Source: a virus. Taken from it: 64,000 nt of DNA. The notes beneath the pieces were generated by a model. It saw only the letters and a program-made list of their open reading frames with translations, was not told where the DNA came from and made no database searches. The translations under genes were made by a program, and so were the position numbers. The stretch lies in IMG/VR virus record IMGVR_UViG_3300045256_000753, positions 1 through 64,000 of that record; one strand, given 5' to 3'. This document shows, one piece after another, positions 56,155 to 64,000 of this stretch. Each line of letters opens with the position of its first letter. Within the stretch, counting starts at the first letter, position 1.

Positions 56155-57872
56155 CACGTCCCCCTATTCGTCGGAGCGGGCGGCACGGTCGGCGACGGCT
56201 GCGCGTTCACGTTGGGGCCGAGCGCGTTCGGGGTCGTGTTCACCTGGTTCGTGGGAGCGTTGCCCTGCATGAAGCCCGGCGCGCCGTATGTGAGGGACTG
56301 GGCGTCGAGCTGGTCCAAGAGGAACGACGCGCGAACGGTGAATGTGAAGTTGTATTCGAGGGTGAACGGCGCAGTGTCGGTCTCGGCGATGCTGAAATTG
56401 TCGAACGAGCCGAGGTAAAGCGTCCCGTCGTAGTAGATGTAAATCGAACCGACTGCCGAAAGGTTCGTCGTCCTCGAACTCGACGTGTTGATGAAGTCGT
56501 TGAGCCAGACCCCTCCGTTGTTCTTGTAGAGGAGCCAGAGCGACAGGAAGTTCTGGTAGCTCTTCGAGAATTGGCGCGCGATACGTGTGAGGCCGGGGCT
56601 GTTCCCTGCCGACCCGACACGACTCGGGGAGTTCTGCGGAATGAAAGCGCCCGCCACTGCATCGATGGAGTAGAAGCCAGCGATCTTTCCGCTTGCTTCG
56701 ATCTTGTCTTGGTTCTCGCCCCAGTGCTCGACGATCGGCCCGTTGCGGCCCCAGCTTCCGTCCGCGATGATCTTTTCGGGCGCGATGCGGAACGATTGCG
56801 GATTGACGAGCATCCGCAGCGGCGGCGTGTTCTTCATCCGGTCGATGGCCGCGAGCGTGGATTTGATGATCGCCGCCTGGGCCGCCAAGAAGCGGCTGCC
56901 GAGGTTCGTGCGATTCAGGTTCTTGTTCGATGCTTTTGAGGCATCCTTCTGCGCCTGGTTGGCGTTGTCCGATCCGGACGTCTGCCACGAGGTGGAGGAA
57001 AGAGAGTCGCCTCCGATTTGCTGCTTGAGGGGTGGCGGCAGGCTGTTCGGGTCGAGGTTCGCGACGTTCCCAACCTGTGCCTGGATGAAGGAGAGGTTGG
57101 GGAAGGCCGCTGCGTAGACGTCGGGGCTCGGAGGGCCGTAGTAGTGATGATCGAAGAGCGCCTGGGCGTACGCCTGCACGTCTCCGTTCTGAGCCGCTTC
57201 CAACCCACCCGAGGCGATGATTTGGGTGAGGAATCCGGACGCCCCGTCTTGAGCGCTTTGGTACGAGTTGAAGTAACGCGTGAAGCCTTCCGGAGTTCCG
57301 CCCGGATGCCACGCGAAGGTCTCGCGATTGTTCGGCGGCGTCGTGTAGTTGCCGATGAAGCCGAAGTTGTAGTTCGGAAGGTTGCCGCCCGTCTCGACCT
57401 GCGAATGGGCGACGAGGAGCGCCAAAGTGGCCGATGAGGGATCCGTGTGGAATCGTGCGCGCCACGCATCACGAATGGCCGTCGCTCTCTGCTGGAAGCT
57501 GAGTTGGTTCATGATGGGCGGGGCCGCGTTCGTGCCCGGTACACCCGTCCCGAGATTCGGTCCGCCATCTTTCACCTGAAGGGCGTTGATCTCCTGGCCC
57601 GGGTCTCCGGTGATTCGGGCGACGCTGGCCGATCGATCGAGCAGACGTCCAGTGACGTTCGACGACGGCGGCAGCACTCCCACCGCGAAGATGAGGGTCT
57701 GGTGCGCGCTCTTGTAGGGAACGGACGTGAGCGGAATGAATTGCCCGTCGAGTTCGTCCGGCTCGTTTTGCAGCGACGAGTAGAACGAGAGAAGCTCATA
57801 GATCGCCGGCTCGTAGTAGTCCGCCGACTGTTGAATCTGCTGGTAAACCCTCTGGTCTGAGCTGTCCGGCAT
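56154..57872 (-). CDS. Tail-tube-initiator-like protein with internal GH73/FlgJ-like muramidase domain
   Basis: AHSQVETG...NYNFG...YFNSYQSAQDG...YAQAL...YY...DVYA resembles GH73; C-terminal LVNPQSF...EHWG...YLGSFDNFSIAET...LEYNFTF domain is paralogous to 57876..58805. Confidence 0.68.
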   Translation of the reverse strand: MPDSSDQRVYQQIQQSADYYEPAIYELLSFYSSLQNEPDELDGQFIPLTSVPYKSAHQTLIFAVGVLPPSSNVTGRLLDRSASVARITGDPGQEINALQVKDGGPNLGTGVPGTNAAPPIMNQLSFQQRATAIRDAWRARFHTDPSSATLALLVAHSQVETGGNLPNYNFGFIGNYTTPPNNRETFAWHPGGTPEGFTRYFNSYQSAQDGASGFLTQIIASGGLEAAQNGDVQAYAQALFDHHYYGPPSPDVYAAAFPNLSFIQAQVGNVANLDPNSLPPPLKQQIGGDSLSSTSWQTSGSDNANQAQKDASKASNKNLNRTNLGSRFLAAQAAIIKSTLAAIDRMKNTPPLRMLVNPQSFRIAPEKIIADGSWGRNGPIVEHWGENQDKIEASGKIAGFYSIDAVAGAFIPQNSPSRVGSAGNSPGLTRIARQFSKSYQNFLSLWLLYKNNGGVWLNDFINTSSSRTTNLSAVGSIYIYYDGTLYLGSFDNFSIAETDTAPFTLEYNFTFTVRASFLLDQLDAQSLTYGAPGFMQGNAPTNQVNTTPNALGPNVNAQPSPTVPPAPTNRGT

Positions 57873-57875
57873 GGC

Positions 57876-58805
57876 TCACTGCCCCCTGAGGATGTTGGTG
57901 ACTTGTTGGTTGGTTCGTTGCAGGGTTTGGAACGCCTGGGTGACGTTGCCCTGATTGAAGTGCGCTTGGGCTTCCTGAATCCCCTGGTTGGCGGCGCTCA
58001 CGGCGTTTGGATTCACCGGTGCACCCTGGTTCGAGGAGACAGCATTCGTCATGACGGCGTTGACGCGCTGATTGAACGCGTCCTGTTGGACGGAGTTGAG
58101 CTGCCCGATCGCCGTTTCGGTGGTCCCCTGAATGCCGTTTGCGCTTTGCAGAGCGTTTTGGGATTGGAATGGCGGCGCCGTCCCGGTCTTGTACATGCCG
58201 CGCGCAGCCGGATTCGAAATGAGGTTCGGGAGCTTCATGATCTCCTCCTGAACCTTGAACGACCACGAGATGCGGAAAGCGAAAGGCTGGTCGTCCGTCT
58301 CTTCGACCGAGAACGTACGGAAGTAGCCGATGTACGTCCCCCGGTCGTACATCATCATGATGTTCCCCTGGAGAACGATGTTGCCGTAGGGGTCGTGAAG
58401 CGATCCGTTGTTTCGGTAGAGGTCCAAAAGATCTCGATAGCGATCCCACGCGATCGTGCGCTGACGTAGTAGCGACGTGAGTCCCGTGTAGATGTTCATG
58501 AAGGCGCCGGTCGAGCCTTCCGCCGTGACCTCGGTGAGGTCGTCTCCCCAGTGCTGCTCGACGAAACCCCCTCGGGTCTGGATCCTCTCGATCTTCTTGG
58601 CGTGCTGCTCGTTGTAGTTCGAGGGGTTCACGTGCATCACGAGAGCGTGGGGGAGAAGGACTCGCCGCGTGTTGAATGGACTCGTGACCTGGAAGGCCAG
58701 AGGGATGAAGCTCTTCCTGCTAGCCAGACCATGTGTGTAAGTCGGCTTTTCCGAGGGGACTTCGACGATCGGGAAGTCCGGGTTGGCGGAGTTGATGCGC
58801 GGCAT
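57876..58805 (-). CDS. Tail-tube-initiator-like baseplate protein
   Basis: MHVNPSNY...IQTRGGFVEQHWG...YIGYFRTFSVEET...ISWSF; directly after the tape measure gene. Confidence 0.7.
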   Translation of the reverse strand: MPRINSANPDFPIVEVPSEKPTYTHGLASRKSFIPLAFQVTSPFNTRRVLLPHALVMHVNPSNYNEQHAKKIERIQTRGGFVEQHWGDDLTEVTAEGSTGAFMNIYTGLTSLLRQRTIAWDRYRDLLDLYRNNGSLHDPYGNIVLQGNIMMMYDRGTYIGYFRTFSVEETDDQPFAFRISWSFKVQEEIMKLPNLISNPAARGMYKTGTAPPFQSQNALQSANGIQGTTETAIGQLNSVQQDAFNQRVNAVMTNAVSSNQGAPVNPNAVSAANQGIQEAQAHFNQGNVTQAFQTLQRTNQQVTNILRGQ

Positions 58806-58812
58806 TGGTCAC

Positions 58813-61800
58813 TCAGCGCAACGGCCTCCGTCGATCGTGATCGTTGATGGTGTCCATCGCCTGGGCACGGATGATCTGCTTGAGCATGTCGCCCTTGAGT
58901 TCGAGAACGACCTTGACCGGTCCGCCTCCCGCTCCGCCCGCAGGGACGATGTGCTCACCCGGTGCAACGGAAGCGATGACTTCGCCCGGCGCCGGTTGGA
59001 GAACCGTGCCACCTTGCGCGTTACCGCGAAGAACCTGGACGGCATCGAGAATGGCTTGGTCACCAGCGGCTCCGCTCTTTTGCATGGCCGCGACGACGTT
59101 CTCTCCGAAGTTGCGTCCGGTCATCCCGGCCTGAAGGCTCTTGAGGGCGATCGAGCGATTCGTTTGGCTGTAGAGCCAATACTCGAAGAGGGCGCGAGCC
59201 GATCCGTAATAGACCGACTCCTCCATCTGCGTGCCGAACTGGTTCTTGAGGAAGGCCGTGTTGAGGACAACACCGCTGGCGGACGTTTTCAGATCCTTGG
59301 CGAGGCTGTCGCTGGCGGCCTGCGTGGACTCGACCTGATTGTCCATGACCTTCTTGTCGTAAGTCGGGTCTCCGCGCTGGAAGGACAGCGCCTTGCGCGG
59401 TGCGGCTCCGCCTGTATCGGGGGAGCCGGCCGTTCGCTGTTGCGCTTTTGCTTGCTCGCCCCCGCCGCCTTGTTGCGTGGCCGAAGAAACAAGGCCCTCA
59501 TTCTTCTTCAAACGGCTGTAGAAGATCGCCTGCTCGGCCGGGTCGAAGCCCTCGACTGCCGACTTCATGGCGAACATCTGCTTGTTGAATTCGGCGCCCG
59601 ATTCGGAAAGAGCCTTGGAAAAGTCCTTGCCCTGTGCCAGAGCGTCCGTGACTTTCTGTTGCTGCTCGGCGCTCATACCCGCAGCACCCATGGCTTTGCG
59701 CGCCTTGTCGATTTGATGTACGTCGAAGCGCATCGACGTGTTGATGCTCTCCACAATGGCGTTCATCGCATCGTGCAGCGGGCCCGCCATCTTCTCGGTA
59801 GGATCGGCCTCGACCCACTGCTTCATGATCTTGGGCACGTCCGTGTAGACCGGAGACTTGAGCATTTCCGCTCGGAACTTGGCCGCGTCGCCTCCCGACT
59901 TTTCGAGTGCGTCCATCAGATCCTTGTCCTTCGACAGACGAATCTGCTTTCGCTGCGACGTAGACAGCGAGTTCGTGTCCAGCGGATTCTTGATGATGGT
60001 TTCGATGCCCTCGACGGCATCGATGAGCACGTTGTAGATCTGGTTCATCACGAAGTCCACGAGGACTCCGATCTTGTCCATGATCGTCTGGGTGAACTCG
60101 CCGACGCGCTTGTTGAGTTCCTCGGTCTTGGCCGCCTTGGTCAACTCGTCCTGCTGGGTCTTGCTCATGTTCTCCCAGACTTTGCGGGCGTCGATCTTTT
60201 CGAGGGCCTCGGCTTGGTCTTTGCCATTGGCCTTCATGTCGATGCCGAGCTTCTCCAGGAGGCGCGTTTCATCCTCGGTGAGCTGGGTTCCGGCTTCGAG
60301 CTTCCCGACGAGCGTCTCCTTTGTGAGATCGAGGGATGCCTTGAACTTCGTGAGCTGATCGAGTTGCTCGTCGTTGACCCCTGTGATTTGCTCGAACGCC
60401 ACACGCTCGACATCGGAGAGATCTTCGACGGGCTTCTTGAAGAAGTTCTTCGCGATGTCGTCGAGGTGGTCCATGGCCGCCATCGGGCTCGCGTCTTTGA
60501 GAGCGCTCGCGACGTCCACGAGGCCACCCTTCGTGAGCTTGCTCGACATGCGCGAAGCATCGAGGAGGGCTTCACGGGTTGCCCCGTCGAGCTTGTCACG
60601 GGTTGCCCCGTCGAGCTTGTCCCCTTGCTTCGCCATCCACTTCATGAGGTCCTTCGGCTTCTTGATGACCTTCTTCAACTCCTCGCCCGTTCCCTTGCCG
60701 AGCTTGGTGTCAATGTCTTCCGCGAGACCGTCGATCTTCGTATTGAGATCGCGCTGAAGAAGATCGGTCGTCTTGCCTTTGCCGCCGAGGAGCGTGCTCT
60801 TCGTCCGATCCATCAACCCCATGCCCTTGAACATGTGGGTGATGGTTTGCATGAACTGCGCAGCGTTGCGCGGGCTCATGACCTTGCCGATCTGGCCAAG
60901 GAGTTTGGCCGCGTCGGCCATTCGCAGATTGAAGAGCGACATGTCCGACGAGATGCCACGGATGATGGCGAAGAACTTGTTGCTGGCGATGCCCGACTCA
61001 CGCGCGCCGTCGAGGAGTCGCTGGAACGACCCTTTCACCATGTCGAAGTTCATGCCCATCTCGGTCATCATTTCGCCTTGGAACTGACCGATTTCGCCTA
61101 GGCTCACGCCGAAGGCTCGCGAGAATGCGACGGACATCTGGACCATCGAGCCCCAGTCCTTCACGTATCCGGTTGCCGTTGCGGCGCCGTTCTTCACGTC
61201 TTCGAAGTAGGTCGCCATCTTGTCGATCGCGACGCCCTCTGCCGTGAGAGAGGAGATGACCGCCGTGTGGGTCTCTTTGCTGATGCCCCATCGGAGGTTG
61301 TCAAGAGAGGTTGCCGCGTCGTACATGTCGCGGAGCGTGGATTCGAGATCCGAAGCGGCACCAACGGCCGAATCGAAATTGCGGGCCATGAAGCCCGCAG
61401 AGCCGGCCGTCGCCAAGACTTCCTTGTTGAAGTCCTTCGCCGCTGCATCTGCATCGATGAGGATCTTGACGATGCCAACGAGCACGGAGCTGAGCGTCGT
61501 GACAATCGGGCCGAGCTTCGATGCAAAGTTGAGGATGGGTCCGATTTTTCCAAGGATGCCGCCGATCGCACCAAGGGCCTTGCCGCCCGCGCCTCCGGAC
61601 TCCATGCCCTTGGCCTGCATGCGAAGGCCCGCACCTTCGAGGTATTTGCCTGCGGCGCCCATGCCTTTGACGACGCTGCTCGCGAATCCGAAGACGTCGC
61701 GTCCCGAGACGGAACTGAGGGCATCGACGAAGGACTCCGCGAGATCCTCGCCTGCCTGACGACCGCCGTAGCCAACGGTCTCGGCGATCTTGGAGAACTT

Positions 61801-62238
61801 GCGTTCCTCCTCTTCCTGGCGGAGCTTCATGGCCGCGACCTTGGCCATCTGGAGAGTCTTCACGTAGTCCTTCGCACCACGGATGCCGACCTTGTAGCGC
61901 TCTTGGACGACTTCGATTTCCTTCTCGATCTCGCGACGCTCCTTGCCGTACGATCGGACAAGGCGCTCTTCGAGGTCCACGAGTTCCTCGGCGTGGGCCA
62001 AGGAGTCTCGCATCATGCGATCTTGGGCGTCGTTCTGGCGGGTCGCGTCACGGCGCCACTTCTTGAGGCCATCCCCAAGTTTCTTGGTGGCGTCGGTCAG
62101 CTTCTTCGTCGCCTTCGACATGATGCCGAAGCGCTTCGAGAAGGCCTTCTCGCTGGCAGCAACGTCGCGCTCGAACTTCCGCCGATCGAGTCTCGGCTCG
62201 AATTCAAGACCAACGCGCTCCTTCGAATCCGTCGCCAT
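58813..62238 (-). CDS. Tape measure protein
   Basis: About 1140 aa, helical, A/K/M/G-rich with a hydrophobic segment near residues 220-265; located before the hub and spike genes; start ATG 62238 via TGATG. Confidence 0.85.
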   Translation of the reverse strand: MATDSKERVGLEFEPRLDRRKFERDVAASEKAFSKRFGIMSKATKKLTDATKKLGDGLKKWRRDATRQNDAQDRMMRDSLAHAEELVDLEERLVRSYGKERREIEKEIEVVQERYKVGIRGAKDYVKTLQMAKVAAMKLRQEEEERKFSKIAETVGYGGRQAGEDLAESFVDALSSVSGRDVFGFASSVVKGMGAAGKYLEGAGLRMQAKGMESGGAGGKALGAIGGILGKIGPILNFASKLGPIVTTLSSVLVGIVKILIDADAAAKDFNKEVLATAGSAGFMARNFDSAVGAASDLESTLRDMYDAATSLDNLRWGISKETHTAVISSLTAEGVAIDKMATYFEDVKNGAATATGYVKDWGSMVQMSVAFSRAFGVSLGEIGQFQGEMMTEMGMNFDMVKGSFQRLLDGARESGIASNKFFAIIRGISSDMSLFNLRMADAAKLLGQIGKVMSPRNAAQFMQTITHMFKGMGLMDRTKSTLLGGKGKTTDLLQRDLNTKIDGLAEDIDTKLGKGTGEELKKVIKKPKDLMKWMAKQGDKLDGATRDKLDGATREALLDASRMSSKLTKGGLVDVASALKDASPMAAMDHLDDIAKNFFKKPVEDLSDVERVAFEQITGVNDEQLDQLTKFKASLDLTKETLVGKLEAGTQLTEDETRLLEKLGIDMKANGKDQAEALEKIDARKVWENMSKTQQDELTKAAKTEELNKRVGEFTQTIMDKIGVLVDFVMNQIYNVLIDAVEGIETIIKNPLDTNSLSTSQRKQIRLSKDKDLMDALEKSGGDAAKFRAEMLKSPVYTDVPKIMKQWVEADPTEKMAGPLHDAMNAIVESINTSMRFDVHQIDKARKAMGAAGMSAEQQQKVTDALAQGKDFSKALSESGAEFNKQMFAMKSAVEGFDPAEQAIFYSRLKKNEGLVSSATQQGGGGEQAKAQQRTAGSPDTGGAAPRKALSFQRGDPTYDKKVMDNQVESTQAASDSLAKDLKTSASGVVLNTAFLKNQFGTQMEESVYYGSARALFEYWLYSQTNRSIALKSLQAGMTGRNFGENVVAAMQKSGAAGDQAILDAVQVLRGNAQGGTVLQPAPGEVIASVAPGEHIVPAGGAGGGPVKVVLELKGDMLKQIIRAQAMDTINDHDRRRPLR
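60572..60621. repeat. Perfect 24-bp tandem duplication in the tape measure gene
   Basis: TCACGGGTTGCCCCGTCGAGCTTG twice, encoding DKLDGATR-DKLDGATR. Confidence 0.95.
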
Positions 62239-63509
62239 CACTTCCTCCCGAAGGGCGTGCCGCCCTGTTTACGCGGGACGATAGGAACAGCAGTGGAGGG
62301 ATCCCTGTCCGTCTCCTCGACCTTGAAGTCCACCTCGGAGCCCGTCATCCCCCATTTATCGAGGAATTCACTGGTCTTGGGGTCGGACAGTTCGGGATAG
62401 ACCATCGCACGGGCGGCCGTCTGGGCCTCGATCTGCTTGCGACGCCGGATCGCCTCCTCAACCTCAGCCGGAGTGAGCCCACGGAAGTCCGTGCCGCCGA
62501 TGAGCTTCTTGTCGCCGAACTCCTCTTCGTGCGACTTGACGATTTCCTTGATTTGGTTCTGCCGGGCCTGGAAGTTCTCTCGGACCCGTTTCTCGTGCTC
62601 CTCGATCACCTGGTCGTGCCAGTCCTTGTCGCCTTTGAGGTCCTTTTCGAGCTGGCTCGCGAGTTCCTCTGCCGTACGCGCGCTGGTGACGACTGCCCCT
62701 TGGATCTGGAAGACGTTCTCCTGCGGCTTCTCCCCCATAAGGACCTGCCGGAGCACCTTGTCCTTGCGGGTGAACCGCTCCTCTTTCTCCTTGCGGCGTC
62801 GCTCGGTATCTTGGTGGTAGACCTTCTGAAGGCTCTTGCCGGCAAAGCATGAGCCGACGAACTTGGCGTTCTCCCAGTTGCGCTCGATTTCCTCATTCCG
62901 ATCCTCGAAGTGATTGAGAGCGCGCCACGCGAGCTGCGCCCAGTTCAACCCCAAACGCTCCGAACCCGGAAAGCCCGTGACCGTTGGACTGGAGAGGTCC
63001 AGCCCCCGAAGCTGCGCCCACCGATAGCGCGAGTACGTCTCGGTGAAGTAGCACTCGGTGAGGATGACGGCGTTGCTCGCCCGACGATTGATCTCACTCA
63101 GATACCGAATGACACGCTGCTTGGGCTTGTTGTCCATCTCGGCGAACATCTTGGTGATCTGAGGAAGCCACCGGTCCCGATCGGGCAGTACGTTTTGCCC
63201 GTCGATCATCGCGACGCCGTAAGCGAGAAACGCGTCCCAGAACTTGTATGTGATGTTCTTCTCAAAGGCGCCGCTCAGACGAAGAAGCTCGAACTCGTGC
63301 TGGTTCAAGCTCTTGAAGACGAACACCACTTCGTTGATCTCTGCTGGTAGGGTGATGAACCCCCGGAACAGCATCGGTTCAACGTCGCGATAGACCTCGG
63401 GCTTGACCTCCGGTTCTTTGGGGGCCTCGATGTGAATATCAGGATCGCCTTCCACCCTGCGGCGAAGTGCTTCCTGTTCCTTCTCGTAGGACACAGCGGG
63501 CTCACCCAT
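62238..63509 (-). CDS. Putative tail assembly chaperone
   Basis: Directly upstream of the tape measure gene; FVFKSLNQHE and acidic helical composition fit that role. Positional inference. Confidence 0.55.
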   Translation of the reverse strand: MGEPAVSYEKEQEALRRRVEGDPDIHIEAPKEPEVKPEVYRDVEPMLFRGFITLPAEINEVVFVFKSLNQHEFELLRLSGAFEKNITYKFWDAFLAYGVAMIDGQNVLPDRDRWLPQITKMFAEMDNKPKQRVIRYLSEINRRASNAVILTECYFTETYSRYRWAQLRGLDLSSPTVTGFPGSERLGLNWAQLAWRALNHFEDRNEEIERNWENAKFVGSCFAGKSLQKVYHQDTERRRKEKEERFTRKDKVLRQVLMGEKPQENVFQIQGAVVTSARTAEELASQLEKDLKGDKDWHDQVIEEHEKRVRENFQARQNQIKEIVKSHEEEFGDKKLIGGTDFRGLTPAEVEEAIRRRKQIEAQTAARAMVYPELSDPKTSEFLDKWGMTGSEVDFKVEETDRDPSTAVPIVPRKQGGTPFGRK

Positions 63510-63515
63510 CGTTCA

Positions 63516-64000
63516 TCACGGCATCTTCTGCGGCGGACGGAACCTGGGGTTGATCCCAGCGCTCGGTGGCTTCTCGACGATCGCCGAGAACTGCTTGACG
63601 TCCACTTGTTCTTTGCCCTTGACGCCAATCGTCGCGACCTCCTCCGGTACCGGGGGCGGTTTGACGGCGGGATCTCCGGGGAGCGGAAGCGGGACCTCCA
63701 TGCCCAACGCGCCTTGCTCCATTTCGGCGATGTCTCGAACGCGCTTGGCTACACGCGGATCCGAGGCGATTTGGTGCGCCGGCGGAATGACGGGCGGGGG
63801 CCCAGCAGGCTGGATGTTCGGCGGCACAGTCGGTGTCGGAACCGGAACGCTGACGGCCTGCCGATTGAGCGGGGTCCGGCGCGCCATGGCTTCTTCGGCT
63901 GCCGTGGGACGAGCCTGAGCGGACGGCGGCGCTTGGGGAGGTGGAGCTGCCGGCGCCGTTGGCGGTGCCGCAGGAGCAGCGGGCGGCGTTCCCCCACCTT
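63516..64000 (-). CDS. Pro/Ala-rich C-terminus of a gene starting outside the window
   Basis: The frame of ORF 63516..63887 stays open to 64000 (GGGTPPAAPAAPPTAP...). Confidence 0.75.
   Translation of the reverse strand, partial: GGGTPPAAPAAPPTAPAAPPPQAPPSAQARPTAAEEAMARRTPLNRQAVSVPVPTPTVPPNIQPAGPPPVIPPAHQIASDPRVAKRVRDIAEMEQGALGMEVPLPLPGDPAVKPPPVPEEVATIGVKGKEQVDVKQFSAIVEKPPSAGINPRFRPPQKMP

Noticed and set aside
69-62400. Many long plus-strand ORFs (e.g. 69..2066, 20124..23216, 36536..40414, 46058..48709, 58783..61101)
   Set aside because: They are antisense shadows of minus-strand genes caused by high-GC codon bias; R/V/D-rich text with no motifs.
63480-63540. Programmed frameshift in the tail chaperone genes before the tape measure
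   Set aside because: No slippery XXXYYYZ heptamer seen near the gene end; the upstream gene ends in a double TGA TGA.
11915-64000. Extracellular contractile injection system or tailocin rather than a phage
   Set aside because: The tail genes are contiguous with a phage-type replication block and a long tape measure gene.
372-64000. Stop-codon reassignment as in some large phages
   Set aside because: Genes are intact in the standard code, and TAG, TGA and TAA all end genes cleanly.

Overview
A 64-kb, high-GC (roughly 60-65% by eye) segment of a large tailed phage genome, almost all coded on the minus strand in standard code (TAG, TGA and TAA all end genes). In transcription order (right to left): a myovirus-type tail and baseplate morphogenesis region (chaperone-like gene, tape measure, two paralogous tube-initiator-like proteins with one carrying a GH73-like muramidase, hub, central spike, several giant beta-rich virion proteins, gp25-like, baseplate J, wedge, Ig/lectin-repeat proteins, tailspike); a small plus-strand accessory island at 16.3-18.8 kb with a myxobacterial-style Cys-rich/beta-propeller lipoprotein; a holin plus two envelope proteins interrupted by three small unrelated proteins that share an N-terminal YSYDR leader; an S-adenosylmethionine decarboxylase; and a replication block (SNF2 helicase, degenerate DnaC-like protein, DnaB-like helicase, stand-alone primase zinc finger, family A DNA polymerase). 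No capsid, terminase, tRNA, CRISPR or reverse transcriptase is visible. The host is inferred to be a myxobacterium from one lipoprotein only. The best candidates for undescribed biology are the YSYDR leader-peptide cargo set, a lysis cassette whose outer-membrane component looks like a beta-barrel rather than a lipoprotein, two classes of phage-specific promoter motifs, and the host-like lipoprotein island. All calls come from motif reading by eye; no searches were run.
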